Positions 18,364-28,656 are shown, numbered from the stretch's first letter. The stretch: 64,000 nucleotides of DNA from Candidatus Sericytochromatia bacterium (GCA_035285865.1 JAYKHS010000004.1:64824-128823); one strand, 5' to 3'. The notes: generated by a model from the sequence alone, not told the origin. Made by a program: numbers and translations.

Positions 18364-18745
18364 CGAGGATGCCATTGTCGACATCAACGTCACGCCGTTG
18401 GTCGACATCACGCTGGTCTTGCTCATCATCTTCCTGGCCACCAGCTATCTGATTGCCCAGCAGTCGCTCAAGGTGGAGTTGCCCAAAGCCAGCCGAACCC
18501 AGGCGACCGAGGCACGGACGGTGGCCATCATGGTGAAGGACACGGGCGAGATCGTGATGGACGGCAAAGCTGTCTCCACTGAGGTGCTCCGCGAGGATCT
18601 GGAGGCCCTTCGGCAACGTCGTCCGGATCTCCAGATCGTGGTCGGTGCCGATGCGGCCGTACCGCATGGTCGGGTCGTCGACGTGATGGATGCGGCGCGT
18701 GTCGCCGGGGTCGAAAAGATTGCCTTCGCCGTCGACCGACGCTGA
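18347..18745 (+). CDS. exbD: ExbD/TolR
   Basis: GTG after GAGGAGG; DINVTPLVDITLVLLIIF; ADAAVPHGRVVDVMD. Confidence 0.9.
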   Translation: MHAGRDEDAIVDINVTPLVDITLVLLIIFLATSYLIAQQSLKVELPKASRTQATEARTVAIMVKDTGEIVMDGKAVSTEVLREDLEALRQRRPDLQIVVGADAAVPHGRVVDVMDAARVAGVEKIAFAVDRR

Positions 18746-19706
18746 GCGTCGCCCGGCACCGGCAGTCCCTGTCTGGAGGCCTGCCGGCCCGCAGCGCGAA
18801 AATCGTCTGGGGCGCATCGTCATCGTCTCGGTCGTCGTCCACCTTGCCTTGGCGTGGTTCCTGACCCAAGTCGAGTTCGGCCGGCAACTGGTCCAGAAGG
18901 TCGTCAGTGTTCGACTCGTCGAACGCAAGCGCCCTCCGAAGCCCCCGCCACCCAAGCCCAAGCCCGTCAAGGCTCGTCCCAAGGCGCCACCCAAGGTCGC
19001 TCCCCAGCAGCGTCCGCAAACGGCATTGGCTCCTGGTGCGGCCGGAACGGCTGGGGTCGGCATCGCTGACGATGGTGGCCAGACCGGCACGGTCGAGGTA
19101 CCGGTTGGTGCCGGTCTGGATCTGCCGGCCACGCCAAGTGCCCCGCCTCCTCTGGTCGTCGAGGTCGGGGACAGCGACGGGGTGGCTGCCATTTCGCGCC
19201 AACCCGAGGCCATCGGGGGGCTCCGCATCGCCTACCCTGAGGTTGCGCGCATCGGAGGCGTGCAGGGTGACGCCGAGGTGCAGGCCTACGTGGATGCCTC
19301 GGGTTTCGTACGCTCGGCCGCCTTGCGTCGTGCGTCGACACCGCTCTTCGGTCGGGCAGCCGTCGAGGCCGTGCGCCAGAGTCGCTTTCTGCCTGCCTTG
19401 CGTCTGGGCGTGCCTGTCGCGGCCACGATCCGCGTGCCTGTCCGGTTCACGCTCAATGCCGCGCGCGTTCTGGAGGCCACGGCCAGCCTGATCGTCGAGG
19501 GCGACGACACCGAAGCCCCGGAACCCGAGGTAGGGGCCACGCCGTCGGCCCAGGTCGCGACGCCTTCGGCGGGTGCTGAGTCGATGGGCCAGGTCGGTGC
19601 ACCTGCTGGCGCGTCGGTTGCCGATTATGGCCGACCAGAGGCGTCTGCGAGCGGCACCGTTCCGGTTTCCCTTGAGGCCAGCGCGTCGATGGAGGTGACG
19701 CCTTGA
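18690..19706 (+). CDS. tonB: TonB family energy transducer
   Basis: TM with SxxxH (SVVVHL), Pro/Lys spacer, YPEVARIGGVQG C-domain, acidic tail; start uncertain. Confidence 0.85.
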   Translation: MRRVSPGSKRLPSPSTDAERRPAPAVPVWRPAGPQRENRLGRIVIVSVVVHLALAWFLTQVEFGRQLVQKVVSVRLVERKRPPKPPPPKPKPVKARPKAPPKVAPQQRPQTALAPGAAGTAGVGIADDGGQTGTVEVPVGAGLDLPATPSAPPPLVVEVGDSDGVAAISRQPEAIGGLRIAYPEVARIGGVQGDAEVQAYVDASGFVRSAALRRASTPLFGRAAVEAVRQSRFLPALRLGVPVAATIRVPVRFTLNAARVLEATASLIVEGDDTEAPEPEVGATPSAQVATPSAGAESMGQVGAPAGASVADYGRPEASASGTVPVSLEASASMEVTP

Positions 19707-22024
19707 CCGTCGGTTCGTCTCGTGTCGCGTCTCACTTCGCGGCGACACTGCCGATGCTGCTGTTGGTTGCCCTGCCGGCCGGTGCGGCAGACCTCGAGGG
19801 GACGGTGCGGGATCGTGCCACCCGTCAGCCCGTTCGCGGCGCCGTCGTCTCGGTGGTCGGACCCGGGCGGACCGTAACGGTGACCGAGGATGGAACGTGG
19901 CGTCTTGGCGGTGTGCCCGAGGGCTTGTGGCGGGTCAAGGTGGAGGCGGAAGGCTATGTCTCGTGGGTTTCGGAGCCTTTGCCGTTCCGCGACGACAGGC
20001 CGGTGGTTCTCAAACTGCGTTTGCGGCCCGGCATCGTGACTGTCCCGGGGCAGAAGGTAGCGGCGGATCGCCCTTCGGTGCTCGCGCAGACTCAGCCGTC
20101 CCGACGCTCGTTCACGGCCGAGGACGTTCGTCGGATTGCCGGCGCGCGTAACGATGCCGTGCTCGCGGTGACCAACTCTGCCGGGGTCAAGACCGGCGGG
20201 TTTGGGGGCAACTTGGTCATTCGGGGCGGTGGGCCTAACGACAATCGCTACTTCTTCGACGACGTCCAGATCGGCAATCCCTTTCACCTCGGCGGCCTGC
20301 TGAGCGTATTCAATAGCAACACTATTGCCAAGGTCGACCTGTATCAGGGAGCCATCCCGGCCCGATTCCCCAATGTGCAGTCGGCAGTCATCGACATCGA
20401 GACCCGCCGACCGGCCGACGACGGCCTGCACGCAGTTCTTGAATCCAACCTGTTGTACTCCGAGGGCCTCATCGAGGGGCCGTTGGGTGGGGGTGTGTTG
20501 TTCTCGGGCGCGCTCCGGCGCAGCTATATCGATCTCATCGTCGGGCGATTTTTCGAGGAAGGTCAGATTTTCCCGTACTTCACGGATCGTCAGTTCAAGC
20601 TGCTGGCACCCATTCCGGGTGGTGGCCAGGTCGAACTCACCCATCTCGCTTCCGTGGACCAGGCCCGAATCAAGGTGCCCCAGACCGGCGATGCCACGTC
20701 TTCCATCGACAGCTTCGGTCTCGATACCGGTTTCACGGCGACGGGACTCTCGTGGCGACAGCCGCTCGGAGATCAACTGTCCAACAAGTTGATCCTGAAC
20801 TACCAGGATCCGTCGACCGACTTCAAGCTGGGACGTCTCGTGAGCGTCAACGAAAGCCGCTACACGTTCTCGGTCATCAACGATCTGGTCTGGCAGATCG
20901 ATGCGGGACGGCAACTTCGGACCGGTCTGCGCTACGACACCATCAATTACTTGTCCCTCAGGACCCAGCCGGATCTGTCGCTTCTGCCTCGGGGACAGGG
21001 CGGCGGGCCACCCGGTGCGGGCAGCGGCGGGGCTGCCGGGAACGTGGCCGGGGTGGGACGGACGACGGACATCGAGCGATTGCCTCGCGTGACCTCCGAG
21101 ACTTCGGGCAATCAGAAGCAATATGGCATCTACGTCGAGGACGAATGGCGCCCGAGTGAGACAGTCACCATCGCCTACGGTGCTCGTGCAGAGCATCTCA
21201 ATCCCCCGCAGGGCAGCACGGGCAACGGCATCGACACCTTCGGGCCACGCGGTGGCGTGACCTGGCGTGTCGACCCTGACAACACGCTAAGGCTTTCTCT
21301 CGGCCAGCAACATCAGTTTCCGGGCGTCGTTCAGACCCTGCCGACCATCGGCAATCCTGACTTGCAGAACTCGTGGGTGAACGACCACATCGTCGGGTGG
21401 GATCGCCAGATCAACGAGTTCGTGCTTGGGCGCTTCGAGGGCTACTTCCGCGAACTCCGGAACTTGTCCGATCGCAACGATCCCGGTCAGCGCCCACCGT
21501 TCGTCAATAGCCTGAGCGGTCGGGCCTATGGCCTCGAAGGCACCTTGGATCTGGCCCCGTGGCAGGGGTGGCAGGGCAGTCTGGCCGTCAGCCTGTCCCG
21601 TGCCTTCCGGACGGGGCGAAGTGGTATCGAGATCCCCTATGACTTCGATCAACCGCTGACCCTCAACCTGACGCTTGCTGCCCCCGAGACCTGGGGGTGG
21701 AAGCCCTCGTTGAAGTTCCGGTATGCCTCAGGTCGCCCCTACACCCCGGTCGTGGACCGGCGTCTGAATGCCTTCGGGGAGTACGACGGCGTGCCTTCCG
21801 ACCAGCCCAACTCGGCGCGTTACCCGGATGGATCGGTGTATGCGGCGCGGATCGAGCGACCTGCTCCCACCTGGGGCAAGAAAGGTTCGTTTTATATCGA
21901 GGTCCAGGCCCAGCGGGAAGTGGTCAATGTCGATTACGGCAAGGAGTTCGAGAAGATCGGCAATCCGACGTTCCAGTTCGGTCTGCCGGCCATTCCGTAC
22001 CTCGGTTACACGATGACCTGGTGA
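19703..22024 (+). CDS. TonB-dependent outer-membrane receptor with N-terminal carboxypeptidase-regulatory-like domain
   Basis: Signal peptide, LEGTVRDRAT, plug IRGG..DN..FD, SGRAYGLE, SGRPYTP, terminal Trp. Confidence 0.9.
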   Translation: MTVGSSRVASHFAATLPMLLLVALPAGAADLEGTVRDRATRQPVRGAVVSVVGPGRTVTVTEDGTWRLGGVPEGLWRVKVEAEGYVSWVSEPLPFRDDRPVVLKLRLRPGIVTVPGQKVAADRPSVLAQTQPSRRSFTAEDVRRIAGARNDAVLAVTNSAGVKTGGFGGNLVIRGGGPNDNRYFFDDVQIGNPFHLGGLLSVFNSNTIAKVDLYQGAIPARFPNVQSAVIDIETRRPADDGLHAVLESNLLYSEGLIEGPLGGGVLFSGALRRSYIDLIVGRFFEEGQIFPYFTDRQFKLLAPIPGGGQVELTHLASVDQARIKVPQTGDATSSIDSFGLDTGFTATGLSWRQPLGDQLSNKLILNYQDPSTDFKLGRLVSVNESRYTFSVINDLVWQIDAGRQLRTGLRYDTINYLSLRTQPDLSLLPRGQGGGPPGAGSGGAAGNVAGVGRTTDIERLPRVTSETSGNQKQYGIYVEDEWRPSETVTIAYGARAEHLNPPQGSTGNGIDTFGPRGGVTWRVDPDNTLRLSLGQQHQFPGVVQTLPTIGNPDLQNSWVNDHIVGWDRQINEFVLGRFEGYFRELRNLSDRNDPGQRPPFVNSLSGRAYGLEGTLDLAPWQGWQGSLAVSLSRAFRTGRSGIEIPYDFDQPLTLNLTLAAPETWGWKPSLKFRYASGRPYTPVVDRRLNAFGEYDGVPSDQPNSARYPDGSVYAARIERPAPTWGKKGSFYIEVQAQREVVNVDYGKEFEKIGNPTFQFGLPAIPYLGYTMTW

Positions 22025-22032
22025 TCGTGGGA

Positions 22033-22064
22033 CGGGCCCCGGGTCTTGGGTGACACGGGGCCCG
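22033..22064. terminator. GC-rich hairpin between convergent genes
   Basis: CGGGCCCCG / CGGGGCCCG inverted repeat; no clear U-tract. Confidence 0.4.
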
Positions 22065-22090
22065 ATTCACGTCCTGCAAAGCCGATGGCT

Positions 22091-23452
22091 TCAGCCGCGG
22101 GAGCCCGCGGGTGCCTTGGCCTTTTCGAGGAACCTGCCGCACAGATGATTCAGGGCGACAGCCGCCATCTCGCGGGCAAGGAGCGAGTCCTTGATCTCGG
22201 ACAGCCGCTCCAGTGCTTCGGAAAGTCCCTTCCCGTCCTTCAGCGTTTCCTGCAGGGTGATGGCGAAGAAGGCGTCCACGGCCTTGCGCTCGTCGTCGAT
22301 CAGCTTCGACCAGACACCCTGGAAGTCCACGATACGCTGCTGGAAAGGTGCCTTGGCATCGCGCGGGACATTGAACCGCTTGCTGAAATCCGTCCGGATG
22401 TCCAGCTCGATCTCGAGCGTTTCCTTGAGTTCGTCGAGGCTGCCGGGGTCGACCAGCATCCAGGTCTTGGCCGAACGGAAGAACTCAAGCTCGGTCTGGG
22501 TCTCGCCGGCGAGTTTGCTGGCGGACGCCATCTGGCCATGGGCGTCGCCCAGCCTCGAGCTCATGTCCTCGACGCGGGCTTCCAGTTCGGTCCTTGCCTT
22601 CTGGGCCTCGTCGCGCGTGCGCAGTGCCGTTTCGAGCGAGGCCTTGGCCTCCGTCAGATCCTTAGTAAGGCGCTCACCCTGCCGCAGGGCATCCTCGAGG
22701 TCGCGCTTGAGTTGGGAGATGGGCTGGCTCTTCGACGAGACCTCCTCCTTCAGGCGGCGCTGATCGTGGGACAGGTCCGCCACCTTGCTCATGAGCGACT
22801 CCCGCTCCTTGCGCCACAGCTCCTCGGCCTTGGCGATGTCACCTTCTCGCTTGTCCTTGGCCTGCTCGAGCAGCTTCTTGACCTTCTCCAGTTCGGTGCG
22901 AACCTTGGCCAGCTCCTTCTCGTGGTCGGCCTTCAGGCGATCCAGCTCCTTGGCATCCACGCCACCGACCACTGGTTCAGCCTCGGGAGCCTCGACGATC
23001 GCCGGGGGGATCGTGGCCAATACCTTCTCAGGGAACTCGAAGGGACCAACCCAAGCGTAAACTTCGACATTGCGGTTCCCGGCCTGCTCGAGCCAAGTCT
23101 TGAAGGTCTTCTTCAGGGCAGTGACTGCCTTGGCCTCGGTGGAGATGATGCGTGGCTTCTTGCCCTTGCTCTCGTCCTCCTCGGCGTATTCCGTGAAGCT
23201 CGGAACCTCACCCAGTTCGGCCTTGGTCTGCCACGCGAGGAAGGCGCGTTGGCGCAGCGGAAAGTCATCCGCCACGGCGGACGAGAGCCATGCATCGATC
23301 ATGGGTTCCTTGGCCTTGTCGGCACCCATCTTGCGTTCCATCTGGAAGCGCATCTTGGCCTTGTCGTCCTCCAGGATCAGCTGGCGCTTCACCTTGGGTT
23401 CGAGGTCTGCGAGCAGGGCTGCGACCGCCCGAGGGAAGGCGTCAGTAGTCAA
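22091..23452 (-). CDS. Hypothetical protein with long central coiled coil
   Basis: 453 aa; E/K/L/A heptads over about aa 165-330; start overlaps the upstream stop. Confidence 0.8.
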   Translation of the reverse strand: MTTDAFPRAVAALLADLEPKVKRQLILEDDKAKMRFQMERKMGADKAKEPMIDAWLSSAVADDFPLRQRAFLAWQTKAELGEVPSFTEYAEEDESKGKKPRIISTEAKAVTALKKTFKTWLEQAGNRNVEVYAWVGPFEFPEKVLATIPPAIVEAPEAEPVVGGVDAKELDRLKADHEKELAKVRTELEKVKKLLEQAKDKREGDIAKAEELWRKERESLMSKVADLSHDQRRLKEEVSSKSQPISQLKRDLEDALRQGERLTKDLTEAKASLETALRTRDEAQKARTELEARVEDMSSRLGDAHGQMASASKLAGETQTELEFFRSAKTWMLVDPGSLDELKETLEIELDIRTDFSKRFNVPRDAKAPFQQRIVDFQGVWSKLIDDERKAVDAFFAITLQETLKDGKGLSEALERLSEIKDSLLAREMAAVALNHLCGRFLEKAKAPAGSRG

Positions 23453-26400
23453 GGCGGAGCTCCTTTCGGCAGAAGGGTACGAAAATGTTGGCCAAGGCCT
23501 GGATGTCGACCTGCAACTGTCTCCAGTCCTGCAGGGCTAGGGTTTCCCGGGCGATCCGGATGCTGGACTGTTCCTTCAGGCCCAGCTGGAGCGCAGCGCG
23601 GAAGTCCGCCGCAGCCTCGTCGACCAGGCCCTTGGTTCGATAGAGCGCGCCTCGGGCGAACAGGGCGATTGGATCTCCGGGTGCCTTCTCGACCGCCGCA
23701 ATGGCTTCGAGCAGGTCGGTGTCTCGAGCCTGGTTGCGAAAGGTCAGCGTGCCGAAGACGTGATCCGGGGCGATGGCCGGGATCGTGCCGACGACGGAAA
23801 CCTCGGCAAGCTCCCCAAGATCCTCCTTGAGGAGGATCTCAAAGTGTTCGCGACGTTCGGGCCGACCTTCACACGCAAGGTCCTCGCGTGCCAGTATCCG
23901 TCCGTCCGGGGACTTGACCTGAAGTCGGATGACATCGCCCTGCGGGCCTTCGTAGGCAATCGAGAGCCTGATGCGCCGGTCCTGTACGTAGGCCACCGAT
24001 GCCTCGAAAGACGTCACGCGCGGTGCCCACACGACCGTGAGCGGCGTCATGCGCCGGTCGCCCACGAACGGGATGAGCTTGGTGGCCCGGCCCGTGATGC
24101 GTTCGGCAAGTTCGGCCAGCGAGACGAAGGCATAGCCCTCATAGAAGGGGACCGAGCGGACGACCTGGTCCCCCAGGAGCACGCCGCCGGTCTGTCCAAG
24201 GTTGGTGAAGAGCACGAGGCCGTAGCGCGCGAGGTCATCGCGTCCGATCACGACCTTGCGCTGGAAGGCAGCGGAAGGATCCGTGCTGTCCGGGGCATCG
24301 TCAAAGAGTCGCCAGCCGCATACCGGCACCTCGAAGTGGGCCTCGAGGTTCAGGCGTGGCCGCTCCAGAGGAACCTGGGCAACAACGGCGGGAGGCACGA
24401 ACTCACCGACCCCGAGGCTGCCGACGTCGACCTGGACACCGGGCAGGGCAACGCGGCGACGCACGGCGTCATCGGCGAAGCACTTGACTCGGCTGACAAC
24501 CATGAACGAAATCTCTTCGCCCTCCAGAAACGGCTGGGTGGGCAGGTCGTTGAGTTCGAGGTAGGGCAGGACCGTGAAGGCCGCTTCGGCGACGACGTCG
24601 CCGCCCGTCAGCATTTCGAGACGGAAGTGGCCCGATGCGGACTCCCCGAGGCCGAATGCCTTGCGGATCTGGGCCCCGTTGAATGGGCCGGCTCCGGCTC
24701 CGATACCGGCAAGCCGTGCCGTCAGGGCGAGGCTCTGGGTGGTGACCACGGCATCGTTGGCCAGCAGCCTGAAGTCCAGATCGGCCGCCTGACTGATGGT
24801 GGGGGCAGGCTCGATCGAGAGCGTCAGGTCTTCCCAGCGGCGTGCGGCGACACCGTACTGGGCGGGCACCTTGAAGAAAGCGTCGCTTTCCTCGGGAATC
24901 TTCGCTTCGAGGGCAAACGCCGAAACCTTGGCAAAGGACCAGGACAGGTCGCCGCCGAAGGCAAGTTCGAGCGGCCGGTCAAGCTGCGTCCACGTCACGG
25001 TCCAGCAGGCGTACGAGCCGCGAACCCCGGCTGCTTCGACCGTGAAGGGCGCGTCCTCGGGAGCCACGAAGGGCAAGCCCAGTGGGGCATACAGAACCAG
25101 GACGTTCTCGCCCCACCCGTAACGGCCGGGCTGGATCTGAACGCCGCGACGGGCCGAGAACAGCATCGCCCCGGGCATCCGGAGTCCCCAGGTGGCTTGC
25201 TGGCCACCGACCACGAGGCGGTCCTTGCTGTCACGCTGGCGCAGGAACAGCGTGGCCTCACCAGCCTCGGGTGCTGCCAACTGGAACCCGGCGAAGACCT
25301 GGCTGCCGTTGCCCTGACGATCGGTGTGGGCGCCTGGGAGTTCTTCGACGGGCACGATGCCCCCAGGAACATCCGGAATGAGTTCAAGCTGGCGGCTGGC
25401 AAGACGCGGGTCGTGAAGGCGCAGTCCCTGGATGCCGAGGTACAAACCGTCAGCCCGATGGTGGAGCCGAAGCTGGCCGTGGATACCCTCGTCAGGCTGA
25501 CGATCCTGCTTCGCTACACGCACGGGGCGGTCGATGGGGCGGTGGCGCCACCAGAGGTATCCGAAGGAGCGCCCCTCGACGTAAAGTTCCCGTGGGGGTA
25601 CGGGGCTGTCGGCATCGCCTTCGAGTGGCTGGAATTCGTCTCGAGACTTGTAGAGGACTCGCTCGCCGAGGCGACCCAAGGCCTGCTCGGGGATTTGAAC
25701 GATTTCTTCGGGGGTCACCAGTTCGTTGGGCATCACGAGGAAGCTTTGCGTGCCCGTACGGTACCGCCCATAGAACGGGACATCAGACGCCGTGTCGATG
25801 TCGACCTGATAGCCATTGGGGAGTACGACCCGGGCCCCTGCAGGAAGACCCTGAAGGAGTCTGCGGAACCGCTCGGGCCCGATGGCCGAGGTGTAACGCT
25901 CTGCCAGGCGACGCAGGGCAACCTTGCCGCGCATGGCCCGCAAAGGGTGGACGCCGCAGGCCTCTTCGACCCGATCGGGACGGTCCACGAGATCCAGCGG
26001 AGACAGATCCTCCCGTACACAGACGGCCTCGACAGCGACGGCGAGATCCATGATGCAGCTGTGGACGGCCGTGGGCATTTCGCGGAAGCGTTCGGCCAAC
26101 TCGCGCAGGCGCAGGTGCTCCTCCTGAAGGATTTGAACCCGCTTCTGCTCGTCGGGTGTGCCACGCATCAAGCGCAGTGTTTCGCGGATGTCGGCAGGGT
26201 GAAAGTACTTCCAATGGATGGCGAAGAGGTCCGCCAAGTCCTGAAGGAGGCGGCCCGGCTGGCCGCTGGTCGCGATGAGGGCATCGACGTACCAGGCGCC
26301 GCGCTTGCCTTCCTTGTCCTGGGCTTCGGCCCGAACCACGCCCTCGTCGGCCAGCGCCTTGTCGAGGATGGACTGGATGCGGGTGTCGGAACTGCGGCCC

Positions 26401-26753
26401 ATCCAGTCCTTGTACATCGACCAGAAGTCGCTGGCCTTGTCGGTGCGCACGCCCTCGTACTCCTCGCGGATCAGGGTCAGCAGCGCAGCCAAGGTGACGA
26501 GGCGCGCCTGGCCCCGTACGGTCGCCGAAATGCCGGGCACGCTCTGGCCACCGTATTCCTGATGGGTCGACAGGGCGACGTTCATCAGGGCCTGCAGTTC
26601 GTCACCCAGGTCGACATCGGAAAGCGGCGCGCGGGATTCGGCTCCCTCGGAAGGGGCGGCCACGCCGGCCCGGCGGGCCGCGATCAGCGCATGCAGACGC
26701 TCGACCTCGGTCTTGTAGGCCTCGAGGTCAAGGAAGGTGGCCTTCGTCATCAA
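23442..26753 (-). CDS. Large hypothetical protein: helical N-domain, beta-sandwich-like middle, C-terminal TPR
   Basis: 1103-aa ORF with natural composition; TPR ALFARGALYRTKGLVDEAAADFRAALQL. Confidence 0.8.
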   Translation of the reverse strand: MMTKATFLDLEAYKTEVERLHALIAARRAGVAAPSEGAESRAPLSDVDLGDELQALMNVALSTHQEYGGQSVPGISATVRGQARLVTLAALLTLIREEYEGVRTDKASDFWSMYKDWMGRSSDTRIQSILDKALADEGVVRAEAQDKEGKRGAWYVDALIATSGQPGRLLQDLADLFAIHWKYFHPADIRETLRLMRGTPDEQKRVQILQEEHLRLRELAERFREMPTAVHSCIMDLAVAVEAVCVREDLSPLDLVDRPDRVEEACGVHPLRAMRGKVALRRLAERYTSAIGPERFRRLLQGLPAGARVVLPNGYQVDIDTASDVPFYGRYRTGTQSFLVMPNELVTPEEIVQIPEQALGRLGERVLYKSRDEFQPLEGDADSPVPPRELYVEGRSFGYLWWRHRPIDRPVRVAKQDRQPDEGIHGQLRLHHRADGLYLGIQGLRLHDPRLASRQLELIPDVPGGIVPVEELPGAHTDRQGNGSQVFAGFQLAAPEAGEATLFLRQRDSKDRLVVGGQQATWGLRMPGAMLFSARRGVQIQPGRYGWGENVLVLYAPLGLPFVAPEDAPFTVEAAGVRGSYACWTVTWTQLDRPLELAFGGDLSWSFAKVSAFALEAKIPEESDAFFKVPAQYGVAARRWEDLTLSIEPAPTISQAADLDFRLLANDAVVTTQSLALTARLAGIGAGAGPFNGAQIRKAFGLGESASGHFRLEMLTGGDVVAEAAFTVLPYLELNDLPTQPFLEGEEISFMVVSRVKCFADDAVRRRVALPGVQVDVGSLGVGEFVPPAVVAQVPLERPRLNLEAHFEVPVCGWRLFDDAPDSTDPSAAFQRKVVIGRDDLARYGLVLFTNLGQTGGVLLGDQVVRSVPFYEGYAFVSLAELAERITGRATKLIPFVGDRRMTPLTVVWAPRVTSFEASVAYVQDRRIRLSIAYEGPQGDVIRLQVKSPDGRILAREDLACEGRPERREHFEILLKEDLGELAEVSVVGTIPAIAPDHVFGTLTFRNQARDTDLLEAIAAVEKAPGDPIALFARGALYRTKGLVDEAAADFRAALQLGLKEQSSIRIARETLALQDWRQLQVDIQALANIFVPFCRKELRLDY

Positions 26754-26870
26754 AAGTCTTTCGGCTGGGTAGGGAGAGCGCCGGGCGGAGCCGTGGCGTC
26801 CAATCGAGGCACCATTCTAGCATGAACGCATGCTTTGACCCTCGTGGGTCGTGGCTGGTAGGCTTGCGCC

Positions 26871-27710
26871 ATGCCTGCTCCTGCGACCATCCCGGTGGAG
26901 GCGTTACGCGCCCTGGCCCCCCGCATCCGCGCTGACGCGCTGCGAATGATTGCCGCGGCAAACTCCGGACACCCGGGCGGCTCGCTGTCGGCCGTGGAAA
27001 TCCTGCTTGCCCTCTACAGGGGCGTGCTCCGGCATGACCCTGCCCGGCCCGACTGGGCCGAGCGGGACCGTTTCATCCTCTCGAAGGGACACGCATGCCC
27101 GGCGCTTTACGCCGTCCTGGCCGATTGCGGCTACTTCGACCGTGACTTGCTGCCGACCTTCAGGCGTTTCGGCTCGCCGCTCCAGGGTCACCCCGAGCTC
27201 GGCAAGCTGGCCGGTGTCGAGGCGTCGACCGGTTCGTTGGGCCAAGGCTTGTCCATCGGCCTGGGGATGGCGCTCGGACACCGCATGCAGGGGACGGACG
27301 CCCGTGTCTATGTCCTGATGGGCGATGGCGAGATCAACGAAGGCCAGGTCTGGGAGGCGGCGCTTTCCGCGGCGCACCTGAAGGCGGACCGCCTGACGGC
27401 CATCGTCGACATCAACCGCATCCAGCTCGACGGTTTCACTTCGGACATCCTCGAGCTCGAACCGCTGGCGGACAAGTGGCGTTCTTTCGGGTGGGAAGTC
27501 ATCGAACTCGACGGCCATGACCTGGATGCCTTGGTCGAGGCCTTTGCCCGGGTACGGTCCATCGACGGCCGTCCGCAGGTCATCCTGGCCAGGACCACCA
27601 AGGGCAAGGGTGTCTCGTTCATGGAGGACAACCCGGAGTTCCACGGTGCACCGCCGAGTGCGGACGAACTGGCCCGGGCGCTCGTCGAGTTGGGGGTGGC
27701 CCATGCCTGA
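26871..27710 (+). CDS. tkt: Transketolase, N-terminal (TPP-binding) subunit
   Basis: SGHPGGSLS, DRFILSKGH, STGSLGQG, GDGE. Confidence 0.95.
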   Translation: MPAPATIPVEALRALAPRIRADALRMIAAANSGHPGGSLSAVEILLALYRGVLRHDPARPDWAERDRFILSKGHACPALYAVLADCGYFDRDLLPTFRRFGSPLQGHPELGKLAGVEASTGSLGQGLSIGLGMALGHRMQGTDARVYVLMGDGEINEGQVWEAALSAAHLKADRLTAIVDINRIQLDGFTSDILELEPLADKWRSFGWEVIELDGHDLDALVEAFARVRSIDGRPQVILARTTKGKGVSFMEDNPEFHGAPPSADELARALVELGVAHA

Positions 27711-28656
27711 TCGTCCCGTTCGCGTGCTGGGCAAGGCGACCCGGGATGCCTATGGCGAGACCCTGGCGCAACTCGGTCGCGAGAATCCCCGTATCGTGGC
27801 GTTGGACGCGGATCTGTCCAAGAGCACCAAGAGCGTCGTTTTCGCCAAGGCCCATCCCGATCGCTTCGTCAACGTCGGCATCCAGGAGGCCAACATGGTT
27901 GGAATCGCTGCCGGGATGGCCACGACCGGGATGATCCCCTTCGCGTCCTCTTTCGCGACTTTCCTGATGAGCAAGGCCTTCGATCAGATGCGCATGGCCG
28001 TCGCCAACCCCCACCTCAACGTCAAGCTGGTGGGTTCGCACGCAGGTGTCAGCATCGGTGAGGACGGAGCCTCGCAGATGGGCGTCGAGGATCTTGCCCT
28101 GGCCTGCGCCCTGCCGGGTTTCACCGTGCTGGTGCCTGCGGATGCCGTGGCGGCAGGCAGTCTGACCCGTGTGGCTGCCGAGCACGTGGGACCTGTCTTC
28201 CTCCGGACGGGGCGGGCCAAGGCAGCCGAGATCTATGCTACGGGCACCGAGTTCCGGGTGGGCGGGTCCGTCACCCATCACCTGGGTCGTGACGTCAACG
28301 TCCTCGCTTGCGGCCTGATGGTATTCGAGGCGCTTGAAGCCGCGGCCGAGGCTCGTGCAGCGGGCATCGACGCCGGAGTCGTCGACCTCTACAGCCTGAA
28401 GCCCGTCGATGCCGACGCCATCGTCGCGGCTGCCGCAGCCTCGGGACGTCTGGTCGTCGCTGAGGAGCACCTTCATCACGGCGGGCTCGGCAGCATCGTG
28501 GCTCAGGTCCTCGCCGAACGTCATCCCGCGCGGGTGGTGTCGGTCGACCTCGAAGACCGCTATGCCGAGTCGGGCACGCCCGAGGCGGTGCTCGAAGCTT
28601 GCGGCATGACCAGCGGCCGTGTTCTCGAGGCCATTCGGAAGGCTTCCGCCCTCTAG
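27703..28656 (+). CDS. tkt: Transketolase, C-terminal subunit
   Basis: ATRDAYG, GIQEANM, GEDGASQ, EEH..GGLGS; ATG overlaps the upstream stop. Confidence 0.95.
   Translation: MPDRPVRVLGKATRDAYGETLAQLGRENPRIVALDADLSKSTKSVVFAKAHPDRFVNVGIQEANMVGIAAGMATTGMIPFASSFATFLMSKAFDQMRMAVANPHLNVKLVGSHAGVSIGEDGASQMGVEDLALACALPGFTVLVPADAVAAGSLTRVAAEHVGPVFLRTGRAKAAEIYATGTEFRVGGSVTHHLGRDVNVLACGLMVFEALEAAAEARAAGIDAGVVDLYSLKPVDADAIVAAAAASGRLVVAEEHLHHGGLGSIVAQVLAERHPARVVSVDLEDRYAESGTPEAVLEACGMTSGRVLEAIRKASAL

Noticed and set aside
23760..26825. 1021-aa plus-strand ORF (also 22046..23830)
   Set aside because: Antisense shadow; the minus-strand ORFs have natural composition, TPR/coiled-coil features and translational coupling
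26871..28656. Frameshifted transketolase pseudogene
   Set aside because: Two-subunit transketolases are common; both halves are intact and coupled
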